DNA of 63,728 nt, filler included, from Rhabdomonas costata (taxonomy: Eukaryota): the NCBI GenBank assembly GCA_019059605.1. It is 32 parts of 32 records of this genome, joined end to end, with 100 filler letters (N's around TTAATTAATTAA, not from the genome) between each part and the next. Parts side by side here need not be neighbours in the genome. Positions count along the whole stretch, not along the records: positions 27,927 to 29,821 come from JAHMHO010007661.1; positions 29,922 to 31,816 come from JAHMHO010007662.1; positions 31,917 to 33,805 come from JAHMHO010007663.1; positions 33,906 to 35,800 come from JAHMHO010007664.1; positions 35,901 to 37,794 come from JAHMHO010007665.1; positions 37,895 to 39,788 come from JAHMHO010007666.1; positions 39,889 to 41,782 come from JAHMHO010007667.1; 25 more parts are not named here. One strand, written 5' to 3'. A program made the translations under genes and the position numbers. Of this stretch, positions 28,299-40,442 are shown in pieces (within the stretch, counting starts at the first letter, position 1; every line of letters begins with the position of its first letter). The notes below the pieces were generated by a model. That model ran no database searches, had not been told where the DNA came from, and saw nothing but the letters and a program-made list of their open reading frames with translations.

Positions 28299-29596
28299 AT
28301 GGGCGGCGGTGGCAGCCCGGCGCGGTGGTGGAAGGCCGTGGAGACCTCCCTGAGGACCCCCCGGGTGCAGTGTGGGCTGTGCCCGCGGAAGTGCCTCCTA
28401 AAGGACGGCGAGCGGGGGTTCTGCTACATCCGCCAGAATCAGGGCGGGGAGCTGGTCCTCACCAGCTACGGCCGTAGCAGTGGGTTCTTTGTGGACCCCA
28501 TCGAGAAGAAGCCGCTGTACCACTTCCTGCCGGGGTCTCAAACCCCCTCCCTCGCTGTTTCACCGCACCTTGCCGGTAGCTCAAATCTTCGCGAAAAGGA
28601 CGCTGGCCCATTAATTCAGGAGGAGGGGGTCATACCGGCAACCAGTGGTAACATAAATCCGACTTGAAACATTTGCTAAACTAACTTGAAAATGGTCAAA
28701 CCAAAACCTTCGAAATGACTTGATTTTGTGTAAGGGGGAGAAGGTAAACACTGTCAGTGCTCGCTAGATGAGATATTAAGGACAAGGCATTGGCTGAGTT
28801 ACTGGCGGATGAGTTGACAGGATTATTTCAGGGGCGAAGGCCAGCGACGCGGCGGCGGGAAGGTGTGAGCCGGGCCTTTAGATACCCCGCAGTGTGGTGG
28901 GGGAAGGTGAGCCGGGCCTTTAGATACCATTCTGAAATATTCTCCCAAGTTGCATTATTATTACCACTGATCAACTGGTAACCACTCGCTCCCCAAACTT
29001 CTGACCGCCCCCTCTCTGTAATAGCCGCAGGTGTTGAATTTTATATCATGGGTTTCACGACTGTACGATGCTGACACGACTGTGCGGAAATTTCGCAGAA
29101 GCAACATCCTCTCCTTTGGGACGGCGGGGTGCAACCTCGGCTGCCAGTTCTGTCAGAACTGGGACATCTCCAAGGCCCAGAGCATGGACAGGCTGGCCTA
29201 TGCCGTGGCCCCCGAGGAAATCGCGGAGGGTACTCTTCAAAGATTTGTCTCATTCCCTCACCCCCTCCTTAGGGCTGGTCCCCGTTGGCGCCACCACGCT
29301 GGTGAGCCATCAACGTTTTTCTGGTGTTTATCCGTCTCTCCTGCTCCAACCGATGCTAATCTGTGGAATGACAATGGGTGCTACCCGTTGTTTGGCTGTT
29401 GCTCATTTAGATGTGTGCACTTGGTAGGCACTGCACATGTGTGCCATTGCAGCGGCAGTTAACGAGGGGTGCAGCTCAGTGGCGTTCACTTACAACGACC
29501 CTGTTATCTTCGCGGAGTATGCCATTGACACGGCGAAGGAGTGCCGTAAGCGTGGTGTCCACACCGTTGCCGTCACTGCGGGATACATCGCAGAAG
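28299..29596 (+). CDS. AmmeMemoRadiSam system radical SAM enzyme (AmrS-like), 5' exons 28299-28534, 29099-29229, 29453-29596
   Basis: N-terminal CGLCPRKC...GFCYIRQN, DPIEKKPLYHFLPG|SNILSFGTAGCNLGCQFCQNWDISK (CxxxCxxC), SVAFTYNDPVIFAEYAIDTA and VAVTAGYI. Both complete introns are GT-AG and phase-compatible, and a third donor follows 29596. Confidence 0.92.
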
Positions 29597-30115
29597 GTTC
29601 GGTGGTTCTCGCCCCCCCCCCCTCCCCTTTGCGGCCGATCTGTTTGAAAGGAATTACATGGTTAGGTGTGGTCATCCCTCGGTCCGCGTTACATTGTTCT
29701 CGTGGTCTCAAAAGGAAATGAATGAAATCTCGTTCTCTCAAAGGACATGATTGAAAGATGCGTTCTAAATCAGACTTTGGAAGAACGAGATTTCATTCAT
29801 TTCCTTTTGAGACCACCACAANNNNNNNNNNNNNNNNNNNNNNNNNNNNNNNNNNNNNNNNNNNNTTAATTAATTAANNNNNNNNNNNNNNNNNNNNNNN
29901 NNNNNNNNNNNNNNNNNNNNNTGTTGTTTTTTAATGACCACATTTATTCTTAGATCTTTTTCCAAGAGAGCTGAAAAACAGAAGCTGAAGCAAATGGTGC
30001 GTACGTCACTGAGTGCGCCTTTGAAGGAGTGGTAAAGGAGGAACGAAGCCAGTGAATGAGCACAGAAGAGTTCCTTTCCACGGTCTGAAGCATCAACTGC
30101 GGCAGAACGCCATAC

Positions 30116-30269
30116 CGGTGTTGTCCTCTGTGCGACCGGGAGGCCGCTCTGACGTGCCGCCCTTCAGCGGCACGGGCTGGCGCCCCTCTGATAGTAGCAC
30201 TACGCTCCGCTGCAGCAGGAGCACAAAAAGGGCCACAGCCAAGGGCTGCGGAGGTGGAACCATGGTCAT
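30116..30269 (-). CDS. First exon of a hypothetical secreted protein
   Basis: MTMVPPPQPLAVALFVLLLQRSVVLLSEG has a signal-peptide-like start and ends at G|GTATGG. Confidence 0.35.
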
Positions 30270-31916
30270 CGACTAACGTGGAGACTGTGAGGGGAGTTGC
30301 GAGCTGAGGTCAGCGGAAGGGGGGGGGGTGCTGCGACGGGCACTGGTCTGAGTCTTTGCAAAGCGGTAGCAAGGGACTTGGAAATCAAAAGCACTAAAAC
30401 GCAGAAATGCGAGTTCAGGAGAATGCAATCATGCCTCTGCGACTGTTAGGAGAGAATTACATGAATAACAATTGGCTTGGTTCCTGCAACCATGCCTCTG
30501 CGACTCGGGCTGCTGGGAGAGAATTACATGAATAACAAATGCCTTGGGTTCGGGAGATACTCTCGAGCCTCCGCCAAACTCCCTCGCTATTCGTTCCGGC
30601 TTCTGCTTCATCATCAGAGGGGATGAAGTTGATGCGAAAGAACAGAACTAAACTAAAAACCGAACTGAAAATGCGCTGGAAACGCAGGGTCAAAAAGGAG
30701 ATTGCCTTTTCGCACACACACACATACACCCTTTGTTTTGTCGCGGATTCGCTAATGTTATAAACCTCAGGGGGGGGGGCTGAGCAGGGCAATGCGGAAT
30801 TGACTCCGCTTCGCTGAAATCGAGGATACTCAAGAAATATATCTGAATGGCAATAAGAACCTGTCCCAGGGTGCAAATACACTTTAGTCCAAGGGCTCCA
30901 AAATCGTCGATGCTCTTGGACTTATGTTTTTACAAGTTGAAATAGAGCTGTACCTGGCCATATATCTGTTCCGACCCAAAGTCTCCAAAACACAAGAGTT
31001 CAACCCAAAGTGAAAAAGCCACATTTTACCGCCGAGCAGAATCGGGCAACAGTATTAATTCAAAACGGCGGACTCGTTACTCCCGATGGTGTACGGTCCC
31101 TCAAGACAACCGCACGAGCATTCAACCAAGGCTGTATGTGTGTGTGGGGTTTGGAAAACCGTACCTACGGGTTTCCGAATCCGGGTTTCTGAGCAGCTTC
31201 ATGCATGGGGCATCGCGGGCTCGATGACGTTTTAGCGACCAGCGATGAAAATTATTGGTCCAAATGTGATAAAGTTTGTTGCGACAGAATGGCGCACTTT
31301 GTACGTAACCTTTTCACACTACATCCCCCGTTCAGATCGCAGCTGGTCCATGGGTCCGTCAAAAGGTCAGGCGTGGGGGCGTCGTGGAGGGCGAAGGCGC
31401 ACTCTAAATATGGGGGCTCGGATTTCACCGACCAGCCCGAGGATCACACTGCATAACAGCAGACCCCCCGCGTTGCTGGTACTGTGGTTGGCCTGGGGAC
31501 CACCTTGACACGTCGTTGCACCATCGACCCCGGAAAAATCGAACCCGAGCAGGGAGATGTTGCACACGGAGGCTGAGGGGACACTCAGTGCGCGCAAGGA
31601 TATGTACGCAAGTTGTAGGGACCAAGACTCCTCCACCCTAAGCTCAACGACTCACTGATACAGTACTGTGTCCATATTGTGCTGGTTATACAATGAGCAG
31701 TGCCGGGACGAAACAAAACAGTGCGTGCTCGATGGCAGTGTCCTGCGAAAAGGCCTTTTCGCAGGACACTGCCATCGAGCACGCACTGTTTTGTTTCGTC
31801 CCGGCACTGCTCATTGNNNNNNNNNNNNNNNNNNNNNNNNNNNNNNNNNNNNNNNNNNNNTTAATTAATTAANNNNNNNNNNNNNNNNNNNNNNNNNNNN
31901 NNNNNNNNNNNNNNNN

Positions 31917-33590
31917 GGTGGTGGGTGACTGTGACCAGCGTCACAGAGGTCAGCTTCAGCACGCTGGGGTTCATCTTTGGCCTGGCAGGGTGCGCATCTG
32001 TGTGTGTTTGTGTGTAAGTGAAGTGGGGCAAAGGGGTGGACGCTGAACAACCAGAAATCAACTGTAAATTGTTTCAAACCAACCTACAACCGCACCTATA
32101 GATGTGCACTGCTCAGGTCCTGCCTTACCCTGTTTCTGTTACGAGGTCAATCAGATAAACTACCCATGTGAGTATCACAAGCCAAACAACCTTCACGCAC
32201 GATGAGGCAGCATTCCAGAGGTGTGCAGAAATTGAAAAAATTTCGTCGCGCCTGCACAAAACAGGACCTTTCTTAGATCCGGATGCGAATAAAAATGGCG
32301 ACGATGGCATTTATATATGGTCTGGGGAGACCTGTGTCAAATGGCTCCGAGCCTTTCCTTTGAGTTTCGGGGTGTAACTATCTAAACTTATATAAAGCTC
32401 CATGTCACTCACAAGCTCTTTTCATGGTCTTTCTTCCTTCATTTTCTCGACAGAGTGGATAGGTTTGTCGCAGTGCCTCGCACTTTTTTGGGTGCCACGG
32501 ACCAACATTTTTTTCCCCCCAAAATATGACGTTGCTCTCCTCGTACCCGCTTCTCTTCTCTGCGTTTCATTTGAGCTCCCTTACGTTCTGTTTTATAGGA
32601 CCATCTGCACTGCTGTGTACCAGGTTTGCCTGTGTTTTTTCTGGTGTCTGGGTTTCGTTTCAAGCGTGTCTCATTGATGTGCTCGTCGATTGAGCGTTAC
32701 TTGTTTTCGTTTGTGGGGCTTCACCGCGAGGAAACAATTCAATCCAGTCACGATAACTTGAGCCTTAGCCTAAAAGGAGCTGGAACCACACCACACATAA
32801 GTATCCCCGCGGGACTTCATCCTTGGGAGACTTCGGAGTGTGCATCAGCAATTCCTGTGGCTATCTGACAAATTCAGGTCGTTCGGCTTTCGTGGTGGAA
32901 AACAGGCGCGCCCTACATCCTGCACGTGTGCCTAAATGCGGTTTGTAGGACGAAGAGTTATTGATTTGCGCATCCCGACTCTCATCCCCTTTCCTATTCC
33001 CTTTTCCCACCTATCAATGCACACAGATTCTGAACAAAAACACCCAGCAGAGCTACGGGGTCAGCGCAATGCAGCTGCTTCAATACGAGAGCCCCTTCAC
33101 AGCGATGTTCACCGCTGTGTTTGTGGTGGTGGGCCGGGAGCTGGACGGGGTCCTCTCCAGCGACACCCTAACCATGCCCACCCTGGCGATGGTGCTGCTG
33201 AGCTGCGTCGCGGCCTTCGGTGTGATTCGATTGGATCTCCTCTCTCGCGCCCAATATGGTTTTTTCTTTGGGAGGGGTAAGTGGCCGTTATGAATCGCTG
33301 TGGCTATCATGAGTCCACTGCAATCTTACCTAAGTTCCAGTTTTAGGTGATTGTATGGAGGAAATAAAAACGCCAAACACCAAATTGGGAAAACTAGCGG
33401 ACTTGTTCAGCATTTGCTTCATACACTCGAACGTCTCTTTTTTTTAAAGGGGTCAACGTGACATGCTACCTTGTAATTGGCCGCACCTCACCTGTCACCT
33501 ACGGCGTTACGGGGCACCTCAAGACGATCGGGACCCTTTTGGTGGGCTTCACCTTGCTCCACCAGCCCTTCCTTCTGAAGAACCTCGCAG
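31917..33590 (+). CDS. Nucleotide-sugar transporter (UXT/URGT/SLC35E-like, TPT family); exons <31917-31989, 32599-32623, 33027-33219, 33450-33590
   Basis: VTSVTEVSFSTLGFIFGLAG|TICTAVYQ|ILNKNTQQSYGVSAMQLLQYESP...VLLSCVAAFG|VNVTCYLVIGRTSPVTYGVTGHLKT matches the UXT-family VIGKTSPVTYQVLGHLKT motif. Confidence 0.88.
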
Positions 33591-33930
33591 GTGAGTGGCC
33601 GAGCCAACCTCTCCTTCTCCCTTCCGTCGCTAAGCGACAAGCGCACAGGAAGTTCTTGTCAGATGGATGAGGGGGCGAGTCTGTCTCATTTTCTTGGACC
33701 CAAGCAAGCACTGTTCTGAATCCAGAACTTGTTTCTGAGCAAGGCCACCCAAGCTCAGCAACAAGTTCTGGATTCAGAACAGTGCTTGCTTGGGTCCAAC
33801 AAAAANNNNNNNNNNNNNNNNNNNNNNNNNNNNNNNNNNNNNNNNNNNNTTAATTAATTAANNNNNNNNNNNNNNNNNNNNNNNNNNNNNNNNNNNNNNN
33901 NNNNNCGAAGAGAGCGAAAACGTGGAAAAA

Positions 33931-34540
33931 ATGGCTAGCTGGGAATATGACGGGTACATTTTGGATCTGCAGATCTTATACGCTTTGGAGATCTTTTGCG
34001 ATTTGCAAAATGACAAAATGGACTCTGGAGCTGTGCAGCGATTGAAAGGATTGGATTTGGTGAAGTTCCTGTTGAGCAAGGGCATTTTGAAGGAACCGTC
34101 CACGTGCCCCGGGTGTGGTAAGCAGGGTATGAGAGTGGAGTACAGTGAGGGTGAAGAGGGTAGATTCCGGTGTAGAGCAAGGAAGTGCCGGAGGTCGCAG
34201 GTAAGCAGGGTGTTTTCCGATGGTCTCAGAGCTTATAGGGACAATCTGGTGGGAATGGGATATCCTGGTTATGAGTGTGTGTCTCATAAAGAAGGAGAGT
34301 ATGTTAGAAGTGTCTGGAGAGATGCTCTGCCACACAAACACGATTGACGGGACGTGGGGGCACGTGAAGGGCCATCTCCGTTTCCATCACTTTCCTTCTG
34401 CGTGGACGGAAATCGCTGTGTATGAGCTGGATTGGTGCAAGAATTTCTGCAACGATGACGCTTTTGAGGCCTTCCTGGATTTGTGTTCCCGTTGATTCTG
34501 TTATTGAAAGAGCCAGGGATAGGTCACAACTAGCCCCCTG
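33931..34540 (+). mobile_element. Decayed Merlin/IS1595 (ISXO2-like) transposase, internally deleted and frameshifted
   Basis: An N-terminal Zn-finger (FLLSKGIL...CPGCG...M...FRC...C) is fused directly to SDGLRAY...GY...VSH...EYV. After a frameshift near 34315 the frame reads HTNTIDGTWGHVK. The middle domain containing the first catalytic Asp is missing. Confidence 0.8.
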
Positions 34541-35389
34541 CCATGGGATTCTGATATTCTACGAGCCAGGGTTGGGACAACTTGCCCGTACCAGGTATAT
34601 TCCCAGCTGGCCAAAAAATATATGTCCGCAATCAAACCAAGCCGTCCCAAAAATATGCGTGAGGCTGCTTTTGGCAAAAGATGGAGGACAGAAGGAGTAC
34701 ACACCCGAATCGAAAGCAGACTGCTCGCGGTGAGCGGTCAGCGATTTCATGTGTGCGTTTGGGTTGTAGCACGCGGGAAACCTTTTTGCACATGTCCGCG
34801 CACTTCGAGACCATTTCGTCGGAAAGGCTGTCTGGCGGGGCCGCCAGGACGCACTGGTGAAAACTGTTCACTTGCGACGTGGCAACCTGAGTGCCCACAA
34901 GGAGCAAACCACTGCATATCGCGGAAAAAAGAAAAAAAAAAGAAAAAATCCCAAAACCCCACAAAAGAGCGCGATGAAGCTTGTGGGGGTAAAATAGGAA
35001 ATTCAGGGTTGCGACCCCCCCCCCCCCAAAAAAAAAGAAGAAAACGGAGAAAAGGCGAATGAAAAAACTTCAAGCAAACATTTGCGGTAGAGAGGGCCAT
35101 CCGAAGCAGGCTTGGGGGCTTTGTATATAGGTCTGTTGGCGGTCCCCATAATAAAACACAACACTCGGGTATCATCACCGCCACTGTCCCCAAAAATCAC
35201 AACACAATCGGCTGTCGTGAAAAAGAAAAAGGTGAATACCGCGAGAAAAGCTTTCCCCACCCTTTTTCTCCCGCTCTTTCACGGCAGATAGTAAACGATC
35301 TGCTCTTTCGGGAGAAACACCAGTGCGGAGGTGAAAGGCTAAGCCCCCCACCCGTCTCATGTTCCCTCTTCTTCCCCACAACACTCACA

Positions 35390-35514
35390 CCGCGACTTCG
35401 GACTCGTGGAAGATCGCCTCGATCAGCACCTCCACAAAGTGCTTCAGGACCTCTCTCTTCTGCGGCTCAGGAGCAATGGCCTGCATCCGGTGAAGGCACT
35501 GCGCCGCAGAGTCC
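35390..35514 (-). CDS. Helical-repeat-like exon (hypothetical)
   Basis: An AG/GT-bounded exon encodes DSAAQCLHRMQAIAPEPQKREVLKHFVEVLIEAIFHESEVA. Confidence 0.35.
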
Positions 35515-37366
35515 CTGAAGGACACACCACAAGGTTTTCGATGCTAGATAAGCCACTTCGCCGCGTACGGCACTTATTTTAGTCCCTCTTTCATCGAGCA
35601 AGCATTCGCCACAATTGCGTTCAGGTGTCTACTCACAGAAAAGCTGGTAATTCAACACCTTTCAGAATTACGGTCACTACAGGAGTCCATAAAACTGCTG
35701 TGCAATGATCACAGCAAGACTAGGCCATATGGAATAATCCCAAGGCAATTATTAGAGAGAAAGCGATGATTGGGCGAGAAAGGCCTTCTCAACAGGCCGG
35801 NNNNNNNNNNNNNNNNNNNNNNNNNNNNNNNNNNNNNNNNNNNNTTAATTAATTAANNNNNNNNNNNNNNNNNNNNNNNNNNNNNNNNNNNNNNNNNNNN
35901 GGGGTTTTGTGTGAAGTGTGGATGGGCTTGCGGGCGTTGCCAGCCTTTGGGATGTGGCTCATGCAACGCATTGTGGATTCGTGGTTCTTTCTCCTTCCTT
36001 CTGGTGTCTCAGTGAGCTACACAAGTGCCATGGGTGCCCGGTGTGCCTCTCCGGCGCCCTGGCTGCTGCCCTCTGCCGTCCCCCCAACACCCCCTTCCAC
36101 GGTCGGCATGCGGCTGTCCTCCTTCGTCGCAACCCACGAGCTGACGGCTCAGCCCCGACGGCGACATAGCGTCGGAAGCCCCTTCGGAGGAAAGTCCTAA
36201 ACCCCACGCTTGCTCATACACTTGGCCTCATGGTGGCGTTTCTGTTCCAATGCTCGCTCGCTCGTAATCCATTTTCAATTTTGACATGCGCTCAGTTGTG
36301 CTCCAATTGGAAGTTGCCACCCCTGTAGGGGAATGCGCGAAGCGTTTTGGCGTTCCCGTCCCTTCTTCTTTGTTGTGGCGCGTTTGTGCTTGCGAATGTA
36401 ATGTGTCCTTGCCCCGTGCCCCTTGCTCCTTATTTCGTATTGGCAGTGAAGAGTTGGGCCGAAAATTTTTATTTTTTGTTCTATTTTGATGTGTGTGGTG
36501 ACGTTGGTGTTTCGTCGGGTTCCTTTCTTTCGTTTGGATGAATCTCCGGCATGCGACCATTTACCCCCGGAGGAGTTCGCGAGCTCGGAGTATTTACCTT
36601 TATTTTTATACGTATTTTATTAACCCTCTGTTTCTGCAGGACGTATAAGACATTTCGCGCGTTCGGTGAGGTTTGGCACACGTTCTGGTTCCACCGAGCG
36701 TTCTTTGTTCCAACTCCGCACGCCTCCACATCGCCCTCTGCAGGGGGAAACCTAGCGATGGCCGCTGCGGTGATGTGATGCGCGAGTGCTGTTGTTTTGC
36801 CACCCCTTCTCCAGGAAATTGCCACATGGCAGGACTGAACTCGAATTTCCTGCACCCATTTGTTGTTTATGAGCTCAAGACGGCGGACAGTCATTTGTTG
36901 GGAAAAAAAGATCCACCTTTCAGTGCCTGTCCTGGCTCAGACTGGTTGTGTCCCACAGTTTTGATACTCAGTTGAGAATGTGAAAAGAGGAATGCTCTGG
37001 ATGCATTTCGGCCAGCACAGTCCCAGTTCGGAAAACACGATCGAAGTGACGACCTGCGCTTTTCTGCAATGAAACCGCCCCCTGCTCACCTTTCTTGCAT
37101 TAGCCAAAAGGGGGTATCAAGTCGTGAGTTCCTCTTCGCCGAAGCGTTTTCAAGTCGACCCTGGAAAGGAGGACACTACTGCAGCGGTGCGATAGAAAAG
37201 AATCCATGGATAAGTGCTAACTTGCATTGTTTGACCCCATGCTGTGGTTGTCCCGCAGGGTTTGCCACTTTCATCACTTTTGGCCCTAATTTCGGTGTCG
37301 CAGCACGTGTCCTTTCTCGTGTCGCCTCGTGTCGCCTAACCCAATCCTCTTTGCCTGTGGGGAGGA

Positions 37367-37519
37367 ATGTCTTTCGGCGGGATCACCAGCCTTGGGCCGC
37401 AGAACCAGTGGTTGTTGTACGACGGCGAGCCCAATGCCTTTAACACGGCACTGCGGGAGAGGCTTCCGCGCGAGTCCCTCCCCGAGGCCTTCCTAACCAT
37501 TGGGCACGGAAAGCCCACG
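37367..37519 (+). CDS. First exon of a hypothetical protein
   Basis: MSFGGITSLGPQNQWLLYDGEPNAFNTALRERLPRESLPEAFLTIGHGKPT ends at a GT donor and has coding-like composition. Confidence 0.35.
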
Positions 37520-40329
37520 GTGCTTTGTTCCACACCGTGTTTCTGTGTCTCCGAGTGTGGCGTTTTGGTTTCCGCCCGCTCATGACGGCGATATCTCTTG
37601 ACCCTCTAATTGCGGGTCTTCAATCCTGACCTCACCGCTCGGGAATGTACGCCAGAACAAACGTCCCCTGGCACTAGCTTTCCTTGACCCTCTCAGACCG
37701 CGCACATTTACTCGGATCCATGTGGGAGCCACCTGCCAGCCAACCTCATGCACACAAAACCCCCCCTCTCGCTTTCCGATTTCCTACCCCAACANNNNNN
37801 NNNNNNNNNNNNNNNNNNNNNNNNNNNNNNNNNNNNNNTTAATTAATTAANNNNNNNNNNNNNNNNNNNNNNNNNNNNNNNNNNNNNNNNNNNNGGGTGG
37901 GTGTACACTGTTGATCATGTTTCACGGGAGACATGGGGAAGGCAACAAGTTGGCCCCAAAAATGCGATAAAAAATGCAAAATTACCCCCTTCTTTCCCTT
38001 TCTTTCGATTGCAAACCTCTATTTTGATTTTCATTACATCATAAAATGCAAGTGACCTCTTACCAAACCAAAATTCAATCCAGACAAATGGCAAACAAAG
38101 CAACAGAAGAAAAGCCAAGCCCCGTTATCCCTTATCCTTGGAGAGTCGGGTCGGGGTCACCGCCCGAGCGGGAGTTTTTTTTTGTTTTTTGGTTGTTTGT
38201 ATGCGTCGCTCTCTCTCCCCTCCTCTTCCTTTCCTCCTCCATTTCATCGTCCGTCTCTCAGTCCCTCTCGCTTTTGGCTGCGGGATTATTTCTTGCGCTC
38301 CTTACTTTTTCGGCAGTGCCGCGTGTACTCGCATTGCCGCCGCTTCAGTGGCAAAGACTCTTCCGTTCAGGGCGAGACTGGCCGCTACGATGTCGGTCTC
38401 TAGCTGCACCAGGGCGGAACAGGGGCGTCTCATTGCCAAGTAATAGCCTCGGAATTTCGCTCGGGCTGGTGTGTTTGTGGCAGAACTATTAGCTTAAACT
38501 GATGCCAGTGTGAAGTTGATCTTCATGCAATACAATCAGCGCCTAATTGCAGTGACGTGTCGGACAGCCCCCGCATCGGGGAAGATATCCCCAACACAGC
38601 GAAAGCCGCGGATTGTCGGCATTCATCATCTGCAGCCCCCATCTCCCAGGGGCGGGTCATTGAAAACCGTAGAAGCGCAATAAAGGGGATCCACCTGAGG
38701 CAAATTACCTAACTTAGGTCAAATTTTGGAGAATCAACCCCGCTCACACCGTGATCTGCTTCCGCAGGACGGCCTTGCCATACCGCACCATGCCAAGAAG
38801 GATGGTCCTCTTACGGCCAGCCGGCGGGACGAAGAACACTGCTGTGGAGATCGAAAATGGTACCGGAGTCGGCCTTCCACCCCGTCGACCTACTGTGTGG
38901 ATACGCATCGGACAGCTCCAGTTGTTACCATCCAGGGCGGCATGGCCCCACCACCGGGATGTTGGACGGATCACTTTCGTCAGAATGCCCACCTCTGGAA
39001 ACCAGCTCTTGAAACATCTTGATGGTCTGGCTTTCTACCATTGACCGTTACAATGTTACGATGGTCTTGGTCTGGGTCACTGTACGACCATTTCGGACGG
39101 GCCTGTTTGCGGAGTATGTCCGGGGGTTTTGGAAGGTAATCTCCGCTATACTGCCCAGTCCGGCAGGATCCCATGGTCAGGAAGCAGGTTACGGTGTAAT
39201 TTGTCATCATAGTACTATATGAGGAGTTATCCACATATGAAGAAATTGTTACATAATCGATTTGAGCAATTCCAGATCCTTCCATGGCACCATCAAAGGC
39301 TGCATACATCTTTGGCAGCTTCATTTGTATTTAAATGTTGTTGGTGTGTAAATAACCCATTTTGATAATGAAAAACGGTTTTTCAATAATTGACCAGCGG
39401 ATGTTCCACTAATTGAACAATCTAAAAATGATGCGATATACACGGAAACAGTTGCATTTACCCATTTAGAACTTGTTGAATTGCACACAACGGTAAGAGC
39501 CCATTACGAAAAACAGTTCCTCAAAATGGCATTCTCCGGCCTCTAGTCTATAAAAAGTCAAGGCGGACTAATGGTGGAAGGATAAGGATCACGGATGGGC
39601 CGGAACAAAAAACCAGACGAAACCAAAAAGGCCACAGTGGCCCAAATTCGCGAAGCGTCGTATGATTTTACACTCAAAACCTCACGTACCGCGAAATTTC
39701 CCACCGACATTCGAAGGACGCGGGGGTGGTGCGTTTCCAGAACCTGCGGCAAGAGCTTCGTGATCGTATGAAATTGTGCACGTCCAAGNNNNNNNNNNNN
39801 NNNNNNNNNNNNNNNNNNNNNNNNNNNNNNNNTTAATTAATTAANNNNNNNNNNNNNNNNNNNNNNNNNNNNNNNNNNNNNNNNNNNNTTGTTTTTTTGG
39901 TGCGTTAAAGGGCGGAATTCGGTTATGTCGTCAGGGAAGGGCGTCAGGGAAGGGCGATGAACGGTTCCGAGGAGACTGCAGATTATAGGAAAGGTGTTAT
40001 TTTTGCAGCGAAGCGCCGCGGCCCGGGCGGCTGAGCCGGGGACGTTGTCTGGTGGAGTGGGGGAGTTTTTGTGATCATGAGCACCACAACAGACACATGA
40101 ACGGGGTTTCCGGCGGCTGAGAGTACCGGCATTATCTTGTACCTAAACGTTTAATGTCGTTAAACCGCGCACAGCGAACAGGGGGTGCGGGCATAAAACA
40201 CAAGTGCAGCCGACCCAACCTGAGCTATGAAGCTTTGTCTAAATTCGTAATCGCAATATCGTACTTTGAGCGACACCCAGTACATCCAGTACATCGTTGG
40301 CAAGACCAATGCGAAAAGACAAAACGGAC

Positions 40330-40442
40330 CAATGCAGCAATCGTCCTGGCTGCACTTCAGTGAGGTGCACGTTTGGTTCCCGCTCCTGGCGTAGTAGCCG
40401 CCAGGACATACGAAGGCCGCGCTCCCACAGGTGGGGTTGGCT
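40330..40442 (-). CDS. Cys-rich repeat exon, probably from an extracellular protein
   Basis: PTCGSAAFVCPGGYYARSGNQTCTSLKCSQDDCC shows TC....CP.GY....C...C...CC spacing. Confidence 0.45.

Noticed and set aside
28299-29596. Bacterial contaminant, or a pyruvate formate-lyase activase implying anaerobiosis
   Set aside because: Spliceosomal introns are present, and the N-terminal Cys cluster and DPIEKKPL motif point to AmrS. Lifestyle cannot be inferred from this gene.
38726-39324. Overlapping ORFs as a gene or retroelement
   Set aside because: No recognisable motif in the frames examined, and several are interrupted by stops.
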